In this document: piece by piece, positions 35,907 to 45,197 of the stretch
Numbering within the stretch: the first letter of the stretch is position 1
How the letters are laid out: the number at the start of each line of letters is the position of its first letter
From: Thermoplasmata archaeon
Lineage (GTDB): Archaea > Thermoplasmatota > Thermoplasmata > Lutacidiplasmatales > UBA184
NCBI GenBank assembly: GCA_022750375.1
Contig: JAKIVU010000002.1
Coordinates: 38,946 to 102,945, forward strand
Reading direction: 5' to 3'
Length of the DNA stretch: 64,000 nt
The notes under the pieces: generated by a model
What the model saw: the letters and a program-made list of their open reading frames with translations, nothing else
Told to the model about the DNA's origin: nothing
The model's database searches: none
Translations under genes and position numbers: made by a program

Positions 35907-37334
35907 ATGGCCGCGAAAGGAGCCCCTCCGTCGCAGCGGACGTCAGACGTCCCGATCGACTACCGGACCGTCGATCGGGTGACGGGGCCGCTGCTGTTCG
36001 TTCGGGACGTGGCAAACGCCGCGTACGGCGAGATCGTCGAGATCACCCTTCCGAATGGCTCGCGCCTCCAGGGCCAGGTACTCGACTCACGGAAGGGGCT
36101 CGCCATCGTCCAGGTGTTCGGCCCGACCATGGGAATGAACATCGAGACGACCAGCGTCAAGTTCCTGGGCGAGGTCGCGACTCTTCCCGTCTCGGACGAA
36201 CTGCTCGGACGGGTGTTCAACGGGCTCGGCGAACCGCGGGACGGCGGGCCGAAGATCGTGAGCGAGACCCGGCTCGAGATCGTCGGGAGCGCGATGAACC
36301 CGTACTCGCGGGAGGAGCCCAGCGAGTTCATCCAGACGGGGATCTCGACGATCGACGCTATGAACACTCTCGTCCGGGGACAGAAGCTCCCGATCTTCTC
36401 GGGCGCAGGTCTCCCGCACAACCAGATCGCCGCCCAGATCGTCCGTCAAGCGAAACTGCGGAACTCCACCGAAGGGTTCGCGGTCGTCTTCGCCGCGATG
36501 GGGATCACGAGCGAGGAGGCGAACTTCTTCCTAAAGGAGTTCGAGTCGACCGGGGCGCTCGAACGCGCGGTCGTGTTCCTGAACCTCTCCTCCGACCCGT
36601 CGATGGAACGGGTCGTGACGCCGCGGATGGCGCTGACCGCCGCCGAGTTCCTGGCGTACGAGCGGGACCTCCACGTCCTGGTCGTGCTGACGGACATGAC
36701 GAACTATTGCGAAGCACTCCGGGAGGTCTCGGCCGCTCGGGACGAGGTTCCGGGTCGTCGCGGCTATCCGGGGTACATGTACACCGACCTCGCGACGATC
36801 TACGAGCGCGCCGGAAAGATCCACGGCCGCAAGGGCTCGATCACTCAGCTCCCGATCCTGACGATGCCCGCCGACGATGTGACCCACCCGATCCCCGACC
36901 TCACCGGGTACATCACCGAGGGCCAGATCTACGTCAGCCGCGAGCTGCAACGCCGGGGTGTTTACCCTCCGATCGACGTGCTCCCCTCGCTCTCTCGGCT
37001 CATGAACCAGGGGATCGGGAAGAGCCGAACCCGCGAGGACCACCGGGGGGTCGCGGACCAGCTGTTCGCCGCGTACGCGACGGGCAAGGACCAGCGCGCG
37101 CTCTCCGCGATCGTCGGCGAGGAATCCTTGAGCGAGGTCGACCGACTCTATCTCAAGGCGGCGGACCGCTTCGAGACCGAGTTCGTCAACCAGCGTCCCG
37201 ACGAGGACCGGACCATCGACCAGAGCCTCACGATCGGCTGGGACATCCTCTCCGACCTTCCCGACTCGGAGTTGAAGCGGATCAAGCCCGAGTTCGTCGA
37301 GAAGTACCGCGTCCGAAAGAGCACCGTCACCTAG
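35907..37334 (+). CDS. atpB: A-type ATP synthase subunit B
   Basis: Start at ATG 35907 ([26 protein letters not shown]). Also [14 protein letters not shown] and [19 protein letters not shown]. Confidence 0.97.
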   Translation: MAAKGAPPSQRTSDVPIDYRTVDRVTGPLLFVRDVANAAYGEIVEITLPNGSRLQGQVLDSRKGLAIVQVFGPTMGMNIETTSVKFLGEVATLPVSDELLGRVFNGLGEPRDGGPKIVSETRLEIVGSAMNPYSREEPSEFIQTGISTIDAMNTLVRGQKLPIFSGAGLPHNQIAAQIVRQAKLRNSTEGFAVVFAAMGITSEEANFFLKEFESTGALERAVVFLNLSSDPSMERVVTPRMALTAAEFLAYERDLHVLVVLTDMTNYCEALREVSAARDEVPGRRGYPGYMYTDLATIYERAGKIHGRKGSITQLPILTMPADDVTHPIPDLTGYITEGQIYVSRELQRRGVYPPIDVLPSLSRLMNQGIGKSRTREDHRGVADQLFAAYATGKDQRALSAIVGEESLSEVDRLYLKAADRFETEFVNQRPDEDRTIDQSLTIGWDILSDLPDSELKRIKPEFVEKYRVRKSTVT

Positions 37335-37354
37335 GTCCGGGGAGAGAGGACGAC

Positions 37355-37999
37355 GTGCCCGCCGAAACCGTTCGTCCGACCCGCCTCGAACTGTTGCGCA
37401 CGCGGCGACGGATCGTCGTCGCGAAGAAGGGATTAAATCTTCTCAAGCTGAAACGGACCGCGCTCATCGTCGAGTTCTTCGCGATCTCGAAGGAGGCGAT
37501 GAAGCTCCGTGGCGACCTTCAGGCGCGCATCGCGCGCGGATACGAATCGATCCGGATGGCGGAGATGATGGAGGGCCCCACTCGCCTCGAGAGCATCTCG
37601 ATGCTGCTCCCGGACGTCCTCCCCATCCAGGTCGCGACGAAGAACGTCATGGGAGTACGCACCCCGCGCGTCGACCGGGGCGACTACCGTCCGGTCGCTG
37701 CCCCCGAGCTGCTCGACCTTCCGACGTCCGTCAACGAGTCGATCCGTCACTTCCAGGGTATCTATTCGGTCGTGCTCGATATCGCCGAGAAAGAGAACGC
37801 CCTCCGCCGCCTCCTGAAAGAGATCGAGAAGACGAAGCGTCGTGCGAGCGCGATCGAGAACGTCTTGATCCCGCGGCTGCAGGGCACGGTACGGTACATC
37901 AAGTTCCGATTCGACGAGCTCGAACGGGACGCGTTCAGCATGTTGAAGAGCGTCAAACGAAAGATGGAGGCGACGGAGGCCGATGCGGTCAGCGCCTAA
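37355..37999 (+). CDS. atpD: A-type ATP synthase subunit D
   Basis: GTG 37355 (VPAETVRPTRLELLRTRRRIVVAKKGLNLLKLKRTAL..). Coiled-coil central stalk composition. The 5' portion of listed ORF 36707..37999 lies inside atpB. Confidence 0.9.
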   Translation: MPAETVRPTRLELLRTRRRIVVAKKGLNLLKLKRTALIVEFFAISKEAMKLRGDLQARIARGYESIRMAEMMEGPTRLESISMLLPDVLPIQVATKNVMGVRTPRVDRGDYRPVAAPELLDLPTSVNESIRHFQGIYSVVLDIAEKENALRRLLKEIEKTKRRASAIENVLIPRLQGTVRYIKFRFDELERDAFSMLKSVKRKMEATEADAVSA

Positions 38000-38108
38000 C
38001 GCCGCCGTCCGCCGGTTCCGCCTCGTGCGGAACCTCTCGTTCGCGATCAAGGTCGCCGCGCTCGTGGGGCTCGTCGTCTTCCTTGCCGTCTACTTTGGAG
38101 GCGCGTAA
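37983..38108 (+). CDS. Putative 41-aa single-pass membrane peptide between atpD and atpH
   Basis: Manual translation: MRSAPNAAVRRFRLVRNLSFAIKVAALVGLVVFLAVYFGGA*. The ATG overlaps the last codons of atpD, and its TAA is followed directly by the atpH GTG 38109. It is below the ORF-track cutoff. Confidence 0.3.
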   Translation: MRSAPNAAVRRFRLVRNLSFAIKVAALVGLVVFLAVYFGGA

Positions 38109-38465
38109 GTGGCCGCCTCGTCCTCCGGCACCGGGCTCGGCTCGATCGAGGCGCTGAAGCGGGTCAAGGCGACCGAGAACGACTGGGAGCTCAAGCTTCG
38201 GGCGGCGCGCGGCGCGGCGGCAGAGACGATCGATCGCCTGCGGAACGACAGCGAGGCGGCCGTCCGAGCCGCCCAGGCCGCCGCCGACGCCGAGCGGGCA
38301 CGCGCGGTCCAGGCGGCACGGGCCGAAGCGGACCAGGAGGCGGCCGGGATCCTCGCGGAAGGTACGAACGTCGCCGAGGCGGCGGCCCGCGGAGAAGGGA
38401 AGCGCCCCGCCGACAAGAAGGACAAGATCCTCGGGGCCGTGCTCGCCGGGTTCTCGAAGGACTGA
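38109..38465 (+). CDS. atpH: A-type ATP synthase subunit H
   Basis: 118-aa Ala/Glu/Arg-rich coiled-coil protein (IEALKRVKATENDWELKLRAARGAAAETIDRLR..) directly upstream of atpI, as expected for subunit H. Confidence 0.7.
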   Translation: MAASSSGTGLGSIEALKRVKATENDWELKLRAARGAAAETIDRLRNDSEAAVRAAQAAADAERARAVQAARAEADQEAAGILAEGTNVAEAAARGEGKRPADKKDKILGAVLAGFSKD

Positions 38466-38480
38466 CGGAGCGACCGGACC

Positions 38481-40502
38481 ATGGGGATCCTTCGCCCGGA
38501 ACGGATGACCAAGGTCGGCATCCTCGGCCTCAAGGACGACCGAGAACGCATCCTCACCGTGCTGCACGACCTGCGACTCGCTCAGGTCGAGCCGCTCTCC
38601 CCCGAAGCCCTCGCCGAGCTGGTGCCAGAGCGCGGGACGGAAACGCAGCGGGCGATCGGCGACGAGGCGCTCCGATTCCGGGGTCTCAAGACCGCCCTCC
38701 CGGCGGTTCCCGTCGGCTCCCCTCGCCAGTTCGACACCCTCGCGGACATCCTCGCCGCCACGAAGACCGTCCCGATCGACGCCGAGGTCGGCGACCTGAC
38801 GCGGGAGAACGACCGCCTCCTCACGGAACAACAGGCGACCGACGAAGCGGTCGCGCTCCTCCAGAAGATCTCGTTCTATTCGGACCGCCTCGAGTACCTC
38901 CGCGCGCAGAGCTTCGTCAGCTTTTTCGGCGAGGGCGACGTCGAAGCGGGCGCGGCCCTGCGAGCCGCGCTCCCTCCGACGGCCGATGCCCAGTTCCTGG
39001 ACGACCCGGCCGCGTCCGGCCGCTTCCTCGTCAGCCTTCGCCGAAGCTCCGCGGACCTGCTCGCCCGGGCCGCGCAAGCGAGCAACGTGCATCTCACCGC
39101 GCTCCCGTCGGTCGCCGGCACTCCGACGGACGAGCTCGTCGTGCTCCGTCAACGGCGCGAGGTGATCGCCCTCCGCCGCGTCGCGATCGCCGAGCGCCTC
39201 GGGGCGCTCTCTCGGGACTGGTATCCTGTGATCGCCGCGATCGACGAGGCCCTGCAGGTCGAGAACCGGAAGGTCGAGGTGCTCTCCAAGTTGGGCGCGG
39301 GTCGCTCCACCTTCGCGCTCGAAGCGTGGGTCCCCAGCCGCGACCTCGGGCGTCTCGCCTCCGTCGTCCAGTCCGTCAGCGGAGGACGGGCCTACCTGTA
39401 CTCGGTCCCGACGACCGAGGAGCCGCCCACGCTGATGAGCAACCCGGCGGGCGTCCGTCGGTTCGAGTTCTTCATCCGGTTCTACTCGCTGCCCCAGGCG
39501 ACCGAGTGGGACCCGACCCTCGTCTTTGCGATCGTATTCCCGATCTTCTTCGGTCTGATGCTCGGAGACTGGGGCTACGGCATCACGATCCTTCTGATCT
39601 GTCTCTGGATGATCAACGGCTTCCCGGGCGCCCGCTATCTGCCCAAGTTCGGGCGGACCTTCGTGAAACGGATCATGGGTCCCCAGGGAATGCGTCAGCT
39701 CGCCTACGCCCTCCTTCCGGGCTGCGCCCTCGCGATCGCACTGGGGCTCTACTGGGATGCGTTCTTCGGCTACCCGCTGCTCGCACGCCTCTTCGGGTAC
39801 GTCGCGCCGATCAACCCGTTGCGTTCATCCGACGTCGCGCTGTTGCTGATCGTCGCGGGGTTCGTCGGTCTCGGGATGGTGACGCTCGGATTCGTCTTCG
39901 GCCTGCTCAAGGAGTACTTCCACCACCATTACCGGGGCGTCATCGGAAAGGCGGGCGGGATCATGTTCGCCTGGGGGGTCGCCTTCGTGGGCCTCTGCGT
40001 GATCGGCCTCAAGACCGGTGGGGTCCTCACGACGTCCGACTCCACGTCGAACCCGTTCTTTCTCGTGTACCTCACCGTGCTCGTCGTGGGACTACTGCTC
40101 ATGATCGGCGGCGAGGGGGTCCAGAACGGGATGATGGCCCTCATCGAGGTCGTGAGCCACATCCTATCCTACACACGGCTGATCGGGATCCTTCTCGCGA
40201 GCGTCGTCCTCGCGCTGATCATCAACTCGATCGGCGGCGGCCTCGTCCTGGGAGGGACGGTCGTGGGCGTGATCCTCGGGCTCGTCATCATCCTCATCGG
40301 CCAATCGTTCAACGTCATCCTCGGGGTCTTCGAGCCCGGCATCCAAGGAGCGCGGCTGATCTTCGTCGAGTACTTCTCGAAGTTCTACACGGGGAACGGC
40401 AAACCGTTCCGACCGTTCGGCGCCCCGCGAACGCATACGGTCTCGAGCATCACGCCGGACGGACTCGTCGCCGGGCCGATTCTGCAGTCGCCGCCCACGT
40501 AA
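38481..40502 (+). CDS. atpI: A-type ATP synthase subunit I (a-subunit homolog)
   Basis: A cytosolic coiled-coil N-terminal half is followed by about 7-8 TM helices. The conserved C-terminal region reads VSHILSYTRLIGILLASVVLA. 673 aa. Confidence 0.9.
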   Translation: MGILRPERMTKVGILGLKDDRERILTVLHDLRLAQVEPLSPEALAELVPERGTETQRAIGDEALRFRGLKTALPAVPVGSPRQFDTLADILAATKTVPIDAEVGDLTRENDRLLTEQQATDEAVALLQKISFYSDRLEYLRAQSFVSFFGEGDVEAGAALRAALPPTADAQFLDDPAASGRFLVSLRRSSADLLARAAQASNVHLTALPSVAGTPTDELVVLRQRREVIALRRVAIAERLGALSRDWYPVIAAIDEALQVENRKVEVLSKLGAGRSTFALEAWVPSRDLGRLASVVQSVSGGRAYLYSVPTTEEPPTLMSNPAGVRRFEFFIRFYSLPQATEWDPTLVFAIVFPIFFGLMLGDWGYGITILLICLWMINGFPGARYLPKFGRTFVKRIMGPQGMRQLAYALLPGCALAIALGLYWDAFFGYPLLARLFGYVAPINPLRSSDVALLLIVAGFVGLGMVTLGFVFGLLKEYFHHHYRGVIGKAGGIMFAWGVAFVGLCVIGLKTGGVLTTSDSTSNPFFLVYLTVLVVGLLLMIGGEGVQNGMMALIEVVSHILSYTRLIGILLASVVLALIINSIGGGLVLGGTVVGVILGLVIILIGQSFNVILGVFEPGIQGARLIFVEYFSKFYTGNGKPFRPFGAPRTHTVSSITPDGLVAGPILQSPPT

Positions 40503-40516
40503 CGCGGGGGCGTCCT

Positions 40517-41593
40517 TCAGACGCGCGGAGAGACGAGGAGCGGCGTGAGCCGGTCCGCGGAGATCCCGTAGAGCTTCGCGAAGGCGATCCGACGGACGTC
40601 CTCCCGCTCGAGTTCGGCGAGCAGCAGGTAGGTGAAGACCACCGAGAGCGAGAGCGGGTAGGTGCGGAGTCGTCGCAGTTCGGTGACCGCCCGGTCCCGC
40701 GAGAGCGCCGACTCATAGGCGGTCAGGCTCTGCGCGCTCTGGAACTCGGCGGTCCCTTCGGCGATGCTCGGGAACCGCGCGGCGAGCCGCTCCGCGAGCT
40801 CGGGGACACCCCGGACCCCGTAGAGGTCGGGGACCTGAGCGGCGAGGACGGTGCCGCCGTCGAACCACCGGGAGAGTACCTCGTCCATCGGGAGGTCGGC
40901 CGCCTTTCCCTTCAGCAGGAGGAGCGCGTTGCGCACGTCGATCTCGCTCGCCAGGAACTGCCGCACGACCCACTCGTCGCCCTGGAAGAAGCGGCTCGCC
41001 TCGAGCACCCGTCGGTAGTACTCGCGGTCGAGCGCATGGAGGATGGGGAAAATGTCGTGGGTCCGCTGGAACGCCTCGATGAGCGGGAGGACGATCCCAC
41101 CGTAGCCGTACCGCACGAGGGCGGTCGCGGTCGCCTCGAGGGTCGGCTGGGCGAGCAGCTGGCGGAAATCGTCGAGCGTGAGGACCCCGGCGTAGAGTCC
41201 GGCGGGGATCTCGCGACTCGAGACCAGATGGTCCTCGGTCTCCGTGACCGACCTCCCTTGCGCCTTCGCGGCGAGGATCAGCTCGACGTTCTGAAGGTCC
41301 CAGCGGGTGAGATACGCGCCGACCACGCCGCGGCCCGCGAACGGGGTCGCCTCGTAGGCGTGGCGGTTGCGGCGGACGAACGTCCGGTTGATCGCGATCT
41401 CGACGAGCGCGACCCCCTGGTAGGCGGCGCGGGCGGCCTGTACGTCCGGCCCGTAAGGGGTCCCGTCGAGGATCTTGGCGACCTCGTTCGGGTCCTTGGC
41501 CCCGGTGAGTTGAACGTACGTCTCCTTCGAGAGGAAGGAGGTGAACTCGGGTTTCAGGCGCCCCAGGGCGCTCGCGTACGCGGAGGCGGCCAT
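40517..41593 (-). CDS. atpC: A-type ATP synthase subunit C (V-type d homolog)
   Basis: 358-aa all-helical protein with YLTRWDLQNVELILAAK, DVRNALLLLKGK and ELEREDVRRIAFAKLYG, as is characteristic of subunit C. Confidence 0.85.
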   Translation of the reverse strand: MAASAYASALGRLKPEFTSFLSKETYVQLTGAKDPNEVAKILDGTPYGPDVQAARAAYQGVALVEIAINRTFVRRNRHAYEATPFAGRGVVGAYLTRWDLQNVELILAAKAQGRSVTETEDHLVSSREIPAGLYAGVLTLDDFRQLLAQPTLEATATALVRYGYGGIVLPLIEAFQRTHDIFPILHALDREYYRRVLEASRFFQGDEWVVRQFLASEIDVRNALLLLKGKAADLPMDEVLSRWFDGGTVLAAQVPDLYGVRGVPELAERLAARFPSIAEGTAEFQSAQSLTAYESALSRDRAVTELRRLRTYPLSLSVVFTYLLLAELEREDVRRIAFAKLYGISADRLTPLLVSPRV

Positions 41594-41604
41594 GCAGACC
41601 GTCC

Positions 41605-42156
41605 TCAGGCGAGGAGCTCGCGGACCTCGTCCTCGCGCAGGCGCAACAGCTCGTCGAACGAGAGGTTGAGGCGGCGGCTCTTGTCGGTCGTCTCGGCGAT
41701 CAGCCCGCCGAGGATCGACTGGGGGGTCGGGTCGAACGACTTCCCCGCGACCTTGGCGAGGGCGGCGGCATCCTCGCTGCGTCCCGAGATCCGGAGCTGT
41801 CGCCCGAGCGAGGCGTTCGCGACATCGGCCATGCGCTTCAGCACCGCGGGGTACCCGGCGGTGGCGGTGTAGTTCGTGAGCAGCGCCCGCGTTTCGCGGA
41901 GACCGCTCTCGAGGCGTTGCTCGCGCGCCTCGTAGAGCATCTTGCGCGCCTTCAACTTCGCCGCAGCGACCCGTTGGGCCCGCTCGCGGGCGACCTCCAT
42001 CTCGGTCGCGCGTTGGGAGGTCGTGCGGATCTCGGCGATGCGACGGTCGCGGTCCGTGACGATCCGGACGCCCTCCGCCTTCTGCTGATCGATCGTCGCC
42101 TGGAGCTCCGCCTCGGCGTGCTGGCGGATCTCCTCGACGAGGCTCTCGAGGCTCAT
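41605..42156 (-). CDS. atpE: A-type ATP synthase subunit E
   Basis: Start at ATG 42156 (MSLESLVEEIRQHAEAELQATIDQQKAEGVRI..): a long N-terminal helix plus a globular C-terminus. The upstream 163 codons of the listed ORF are artefact. Confidence 0.85.
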   Translation of the reverse strand: MSLESLVEEIRQHAEAELQATIDQQKAEGVRIVTDRDRRIAEIRTTSQRATEMEVARERAQRVAAAKLKARKMLYEAREQRLESGLRETRALLTNYTATAGYPAVLKRMADVANASLGRQLRISGRSEDAAALAKVAGKSFDPTPQSILGGLIAETTDKSRRLNLSFDELLRLREDEVRELLA

Positions 42157-42173
42157 GGGAGCGGTTCGCCCAT

Positions 42174-42413
42174 TCAGGCGTGCAGGATCCCGAGCAGGAG
42201 GATGATCCCGAGCACGAATCCGATGATCCAGAGCGTTTCGGGAATCACGAAGAAGAACAGCACCTGACCGAACTTCTCGGGCTTCTCGGCGATGATGCCC
42301 ATCCCCGCGGCGCCGATACCGGACTGCGCCATGCCCGTGCCGATGAGACCCCCGGCGATGGCGATACCGGCGGCGAGCGCGGCCCAATCGGCGTAATCCG
42401 TGGGTAGTTGCAT
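42174..42413 (-). CDS. atpK: A-type ATP synthase proteolipid subunit K (c subunit)
   Basis: Start at ATG 42413 (MQLPTDYADWAALAAGIAIAGGLIGTGMAQSGIGAAGMGIIAEKPEKFGQVLFFFVIPETLWIIGFV..). It is a two-TM hairpin with the conserved carboxylate (PET). Confidence 0.9.
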   Translation of the reverse strand: MQLPTDYADWAALAAGIAIAGGLIGTGMAQSGIGAAGMGIIAEKPEKFGQVLFFFVIPETLWIIGFVLGIILLLGILHA

Positions 42414-42443
42414 AGGTGGTCCCGGGCGGCCGAGAAAAGTAGG

Positions 42444-42451
42444 GTATATAG
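42444..42451 (-). promoter_or_regulatory. TATA box candidate (ctatatac on minus strand) about 33 nt upstream of atpK
   Basis: The strongest AT-rich element in the 42414-42533 spacer. Confidence 0.4.
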
Positions 42452-42533
42452 CCCCCACCCCACGGCGACCGGACGAGGCGAAAGCCCGGGGTGTTCCGGG
42501 CGGTTCCGGAAGCCGCCCGCATGGGCGGCGGGG

Positions 42534-43004
42534 CTAGTCGTCCTCGTCCGTTTCGTCGTCGTCCGACGCGTCCTGCGGCGCTCGACGCACGAGTTCGATC
42601 GACCCGACCCAAGCGACCCCTCCGAGGAGATACGCCGAGGCGCATACGAGACAGAGCGCGTGGATCTCGGCGAGCTCCACGTAGAGCAGCCAGAAGGACA
42701 ACACTACCCCCACGGTCGTGACCGCGAGCAGCGCATAGGCGGTCCGGCGGTCGTCGGGGCGCTGCTCGGCCAGTGCGGCGACGACGAGGATCGCGACGAA
42801 CCCGAGGACGCCCCAGAGATAATCCGGGACGTCGAGGGTGCTCGTGAGCCCGCTCGAATCGACCGCCTGGCAGGAGAGGAACGTGTTCACGGAGCAGATG
42901 CTGCGCAGCGCGGCGTCGAAGAACTCGGCGGCGGCGAAGATCGCGACGATGAGACCGACCCCGGCAGCGAAGTAGACCGCCGAGCGGACGTCCCGGGTGC
43001 GCAT
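42534..43004 (-). CDS. Vitamin K epoxide reductase (VKOR) family membrane protein
   Basis: Four hydrophobic helices. The loop cysteine pair is CSVNTFLSC (C-x7-C) and the CLVC redox motif sits at the start of the last helix. The C-terminal tail is acidic. Confidence 0.8.
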   Translation of the reverse strand: MRTRDVRSAVYFAAGVGLIVAIFAAAEFFDAALRSICSVNTFLSCQAVDSSGLTSTLDVPDYLWGVLGFVAILVVAALAEQRPDDRRTAYALLAVTTVGVVLSFWLLYVELAEIHALCLVCASAYLLGGVAWVGSIELVRRAPQDASDDDETDEDD

Positions 43005-43008
43005 CCGA

Positions 43009-44196
43009 CTACCCGATCTGGTTCAAGTCGCCGGTCACCGCGGTCTGGGTCGCCGTCGTCCAGTGGTACTCGCTCGCCAGAGTTGTGACGGGAACTCCGG
43101 ACCCCTTGGCCATGAACGCCATCAGCCACCAGGCGGGGGTCTGGATCGCGCTCCAGGGGGCGCCCGATTCCGTCGCGACCGAGCTCTGGACCGCGCTCGC
43201 CCCTCCGTTCTGACCGTCTGCCCACGTGGAGAGGGAGGTCGGGGCGACGAGCGACGCACCGAAGTGGACGTAGATGCCTCCGACCACCAGGAAGGGGATC
43301 GCCCCACCGCCGTAGGCGCTCACGTACGCCTGCTGGTAGCAGTTGGACGTTCCCGGGAAGTTCCCCTGGGACCCGGACGTATCCTCGCTGACCTGGAAAG
43401 CGATCGTCGAGGACGTGACCTGCGCATTCGCGAGGACGATCTCCGGGGTATACGGCCCGGCAGGATCGTCGGAAGAATACGATGTCGGCACGTTCCCGAC
43501 CGAATTCGAGAAGTCGGAGAGGGCTTTCCAGATCGCCCAGCTACTGGCGGAGCAGTACGGGCACCACGTCGCCCCGTAGAAGTAGACGATCGGCTTACCA
43601 TCCTCCTGCCACGCGTTGGCGCTGGCCTTGTACCACCCTCCGGGTTCGCCCGCCAGGGTGCTCTGCGGGGGGAGGTACGGGCATCCGAAGGCGAGGTAGC
43701 CGACCACTCCCGCCGAACCGGCGACGAGGAGTCCCAGCACCACCCCGGTGAGGACGGTGGTCCGGAACGTCGGGGACCAACGCTTACCGGAGCTTCGCAG
43801 CAGACCGAACAGAAGGATGAACGCGGCGACCGCGAGCGCGATCGCGAGCCACGGGATCGCGCTCAGCAGGATCCCCACCGGAGAGGGGGCAAGGTAGGCG
43901 AGGAGGAACCAGACCCCGAACGTCGGGGTCAGTAGATATCCGAGGCGCGGCAGGTTCCATGTGCTCTCGGTCAACACGGCGCTCTTCTTCGAGGGCCGCG
44001 CATCGGTCGACTCCTTACCGGTACGCCCCTCGCGGGATCTCTGCCGGTGATACAACCCCCGGAGCGCGCGGCCGGCGTCGTGCACGGACGCGTCCGGGTG
44101 GAAACCGACCTTCGGGTCCTCGGCGATCCGGTTCCAGTCCCAGTCTTTCGACCGGAGCTCCTCGACCCGGTCCCAGTCGACCATCGTCTTTCCCAC
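43009..44196 (-). CDS. Membrane-anchored thioredoxin-like protein (DUF929-like, WCPYC motif)
   Basis: A cytoplasmic N-terminus is followed by about 3-4 TM helices. The Ser/Thr/Gly-rich external domain carries IVYFYGATWCPYCSASSWAIWKAL. Its stop lies 4 nt before the VKOR start. Confidence 0.7.
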   Translation of the reverse strand: MGKTMVDWDRVEELRSKDWDWNRIAEDPKVGFHPDASVHDAGRALRGLYHRQRSREGRTGKESTDARPSKKSAVLTESTWNLPRLGYLLTPTFGVWFLLAYLAPSPVGILLSAIPWLAIALAVAAFILLFGLLRSSGKRWSPTFRTTVLTGVVLGLLVAGSAGVVGYLAFGCPYLPPQSTLAGEPGGWYKASANAWQEDGKPIVYFYGATWCPYCSASSWAIWKALSDFSNSVGNVPTSYSSDDPAGPYTPEIVLANAQVTSSTIAFQVSEDTSGSQGNFPGTSNCYQQAYVSAYGGGAIPFLVVGGIYVHFGASLVAPTSLSTWADGQNGGASAVQSSVATESGAPWSAIQTPAWWLMAFMAKGSGVPVTTLASEYHWTTATQTAVTGDLNQIG

Positions 44197-44294
44197 CCTC
44201 CTGCCCCTATTGGTCTTTCCCCTCTGACGCGGGGCCCCGCAGGGACGACCGCCTCCCCCGTCTCGCTTTTACCCGGGACAAGGTGGCGTCCGGG

Positions 44295-45197
44295 ATGCGC
44301 GTCACCTTCCTCGGGACCGCCGGGTCGTGGCCGACGAAGGACCGCTCCGCGAGCGCGATCGCCGTCGACCTCGAACGGGAGCTGATCCTCCTCGACTGCG
44401 GGGAGGGGACCCAACGACAGTTCTTCCAGTCGTCCGCCTCGTTCATGCGGGTGCGGCGGATCTTCCTCTCCCATTTCCACGGTGACCATTTCCTGGGTCT
44501 CCCCGGCCTCATCCAGAGCATGTGCCTCAACAACCGGACGGATCCGCTCGACGTCTACGGCCCGCCCGACGCGAAGGAGATGGTCGCTCGCGCCCTCTCC
44601 ATGGGGTACTTCACGCTCCGGTTCCCGGTCGACGTGCACGCGCTCTCCCCGGGGGAATCCGTCGAGCTCGACGGATTCACGGTACGCACGGCGCACGCCG
44701 AGCATCCCGTGCCTTCGCTCGCCTACCGGATCGACGAGGCCCCGAAGCGGGGCCGATTCGATGCCGTGCGGGCCCGTTCGCTCGGGATCCACGGCCCCGA
44801 CTTCCGCCGCCTCGAGGCCGGCGAGACCGTGCATGTCGGCGCACAGGTCGTCCACCCCGCCGACGTGATGGGCGAGCCGAGACCGGGCCGGTCGATCGTC
44901 TATTCCGGGGACACTGGCCCGTCGGACGACGTGCGCCGACTCGCGCATCGTGCGACCGTGCTGATCCACGAGGCGACGGTCGGTCAGGAGATCGAGGCGG
45001 AGGCCAACGTGTGGGGACACTCGTCGGCACGACAGGCCGCGGAACTCGCGCGAAGCGCCGAGGCCCGCGCCCTCTTCCTCACCCACTTCTCCTCCCGCTA
45101 CAAGGAGCTCGAGCCCCTCGAGAACGAGGCGCGGGTCGTCTTCCCGGGGTCGCGCGTCGCTCGCGACCTCCTCGACGAACTGGTCCACCAGCCATGA
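44295..45197 (+). CDS. rnz: Ribonuclease Z (tRNA 3' endonuclease)
   Basis: Start at ATG 44295 (MRVTFLGTAGSWPTKDR..LLDCGEGTQRQ..LSHFHGDHFLGLPGL..YSGDT..HEAT..GHSS..LTHFSSRY). Confidence 0.9.
   Translation: MRVTFLGTAGSWPTKDRSASAIAVDLERELILLDCGEGTQRQFFQSSASFMRVRRIFLSHFHGDHFLGLPGLIQSMCLNNRTDPLDVYGPPDAKEMVARALSMGYFTLRFPVDVHALSPGESVELDGFTVRTAHAEHPVPSLAYRIDEAPKRGRFDAVRARSLGIHGPDFRRLEAGETVHVGAQVVHPADVMGEPRPGRSIVYSGDTGPSDDVRRLAHRATVLIHEATVGQEIEAEANVWGHSSARQAAELARSAEARALFLTHFSSRYKELEPLENEARVVFPGSRVARDLLDELVHQP

Noticed and set aside
42512-42529. GC hairpin gccgccc-gcat-gggcggc just downstream of the VKOR stop, as a possible terminator
   Set aside because: No oligo-T tract follows on the relevant (minus) strand. 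GC-rich hairpins of this size are common by chance in this sequence.
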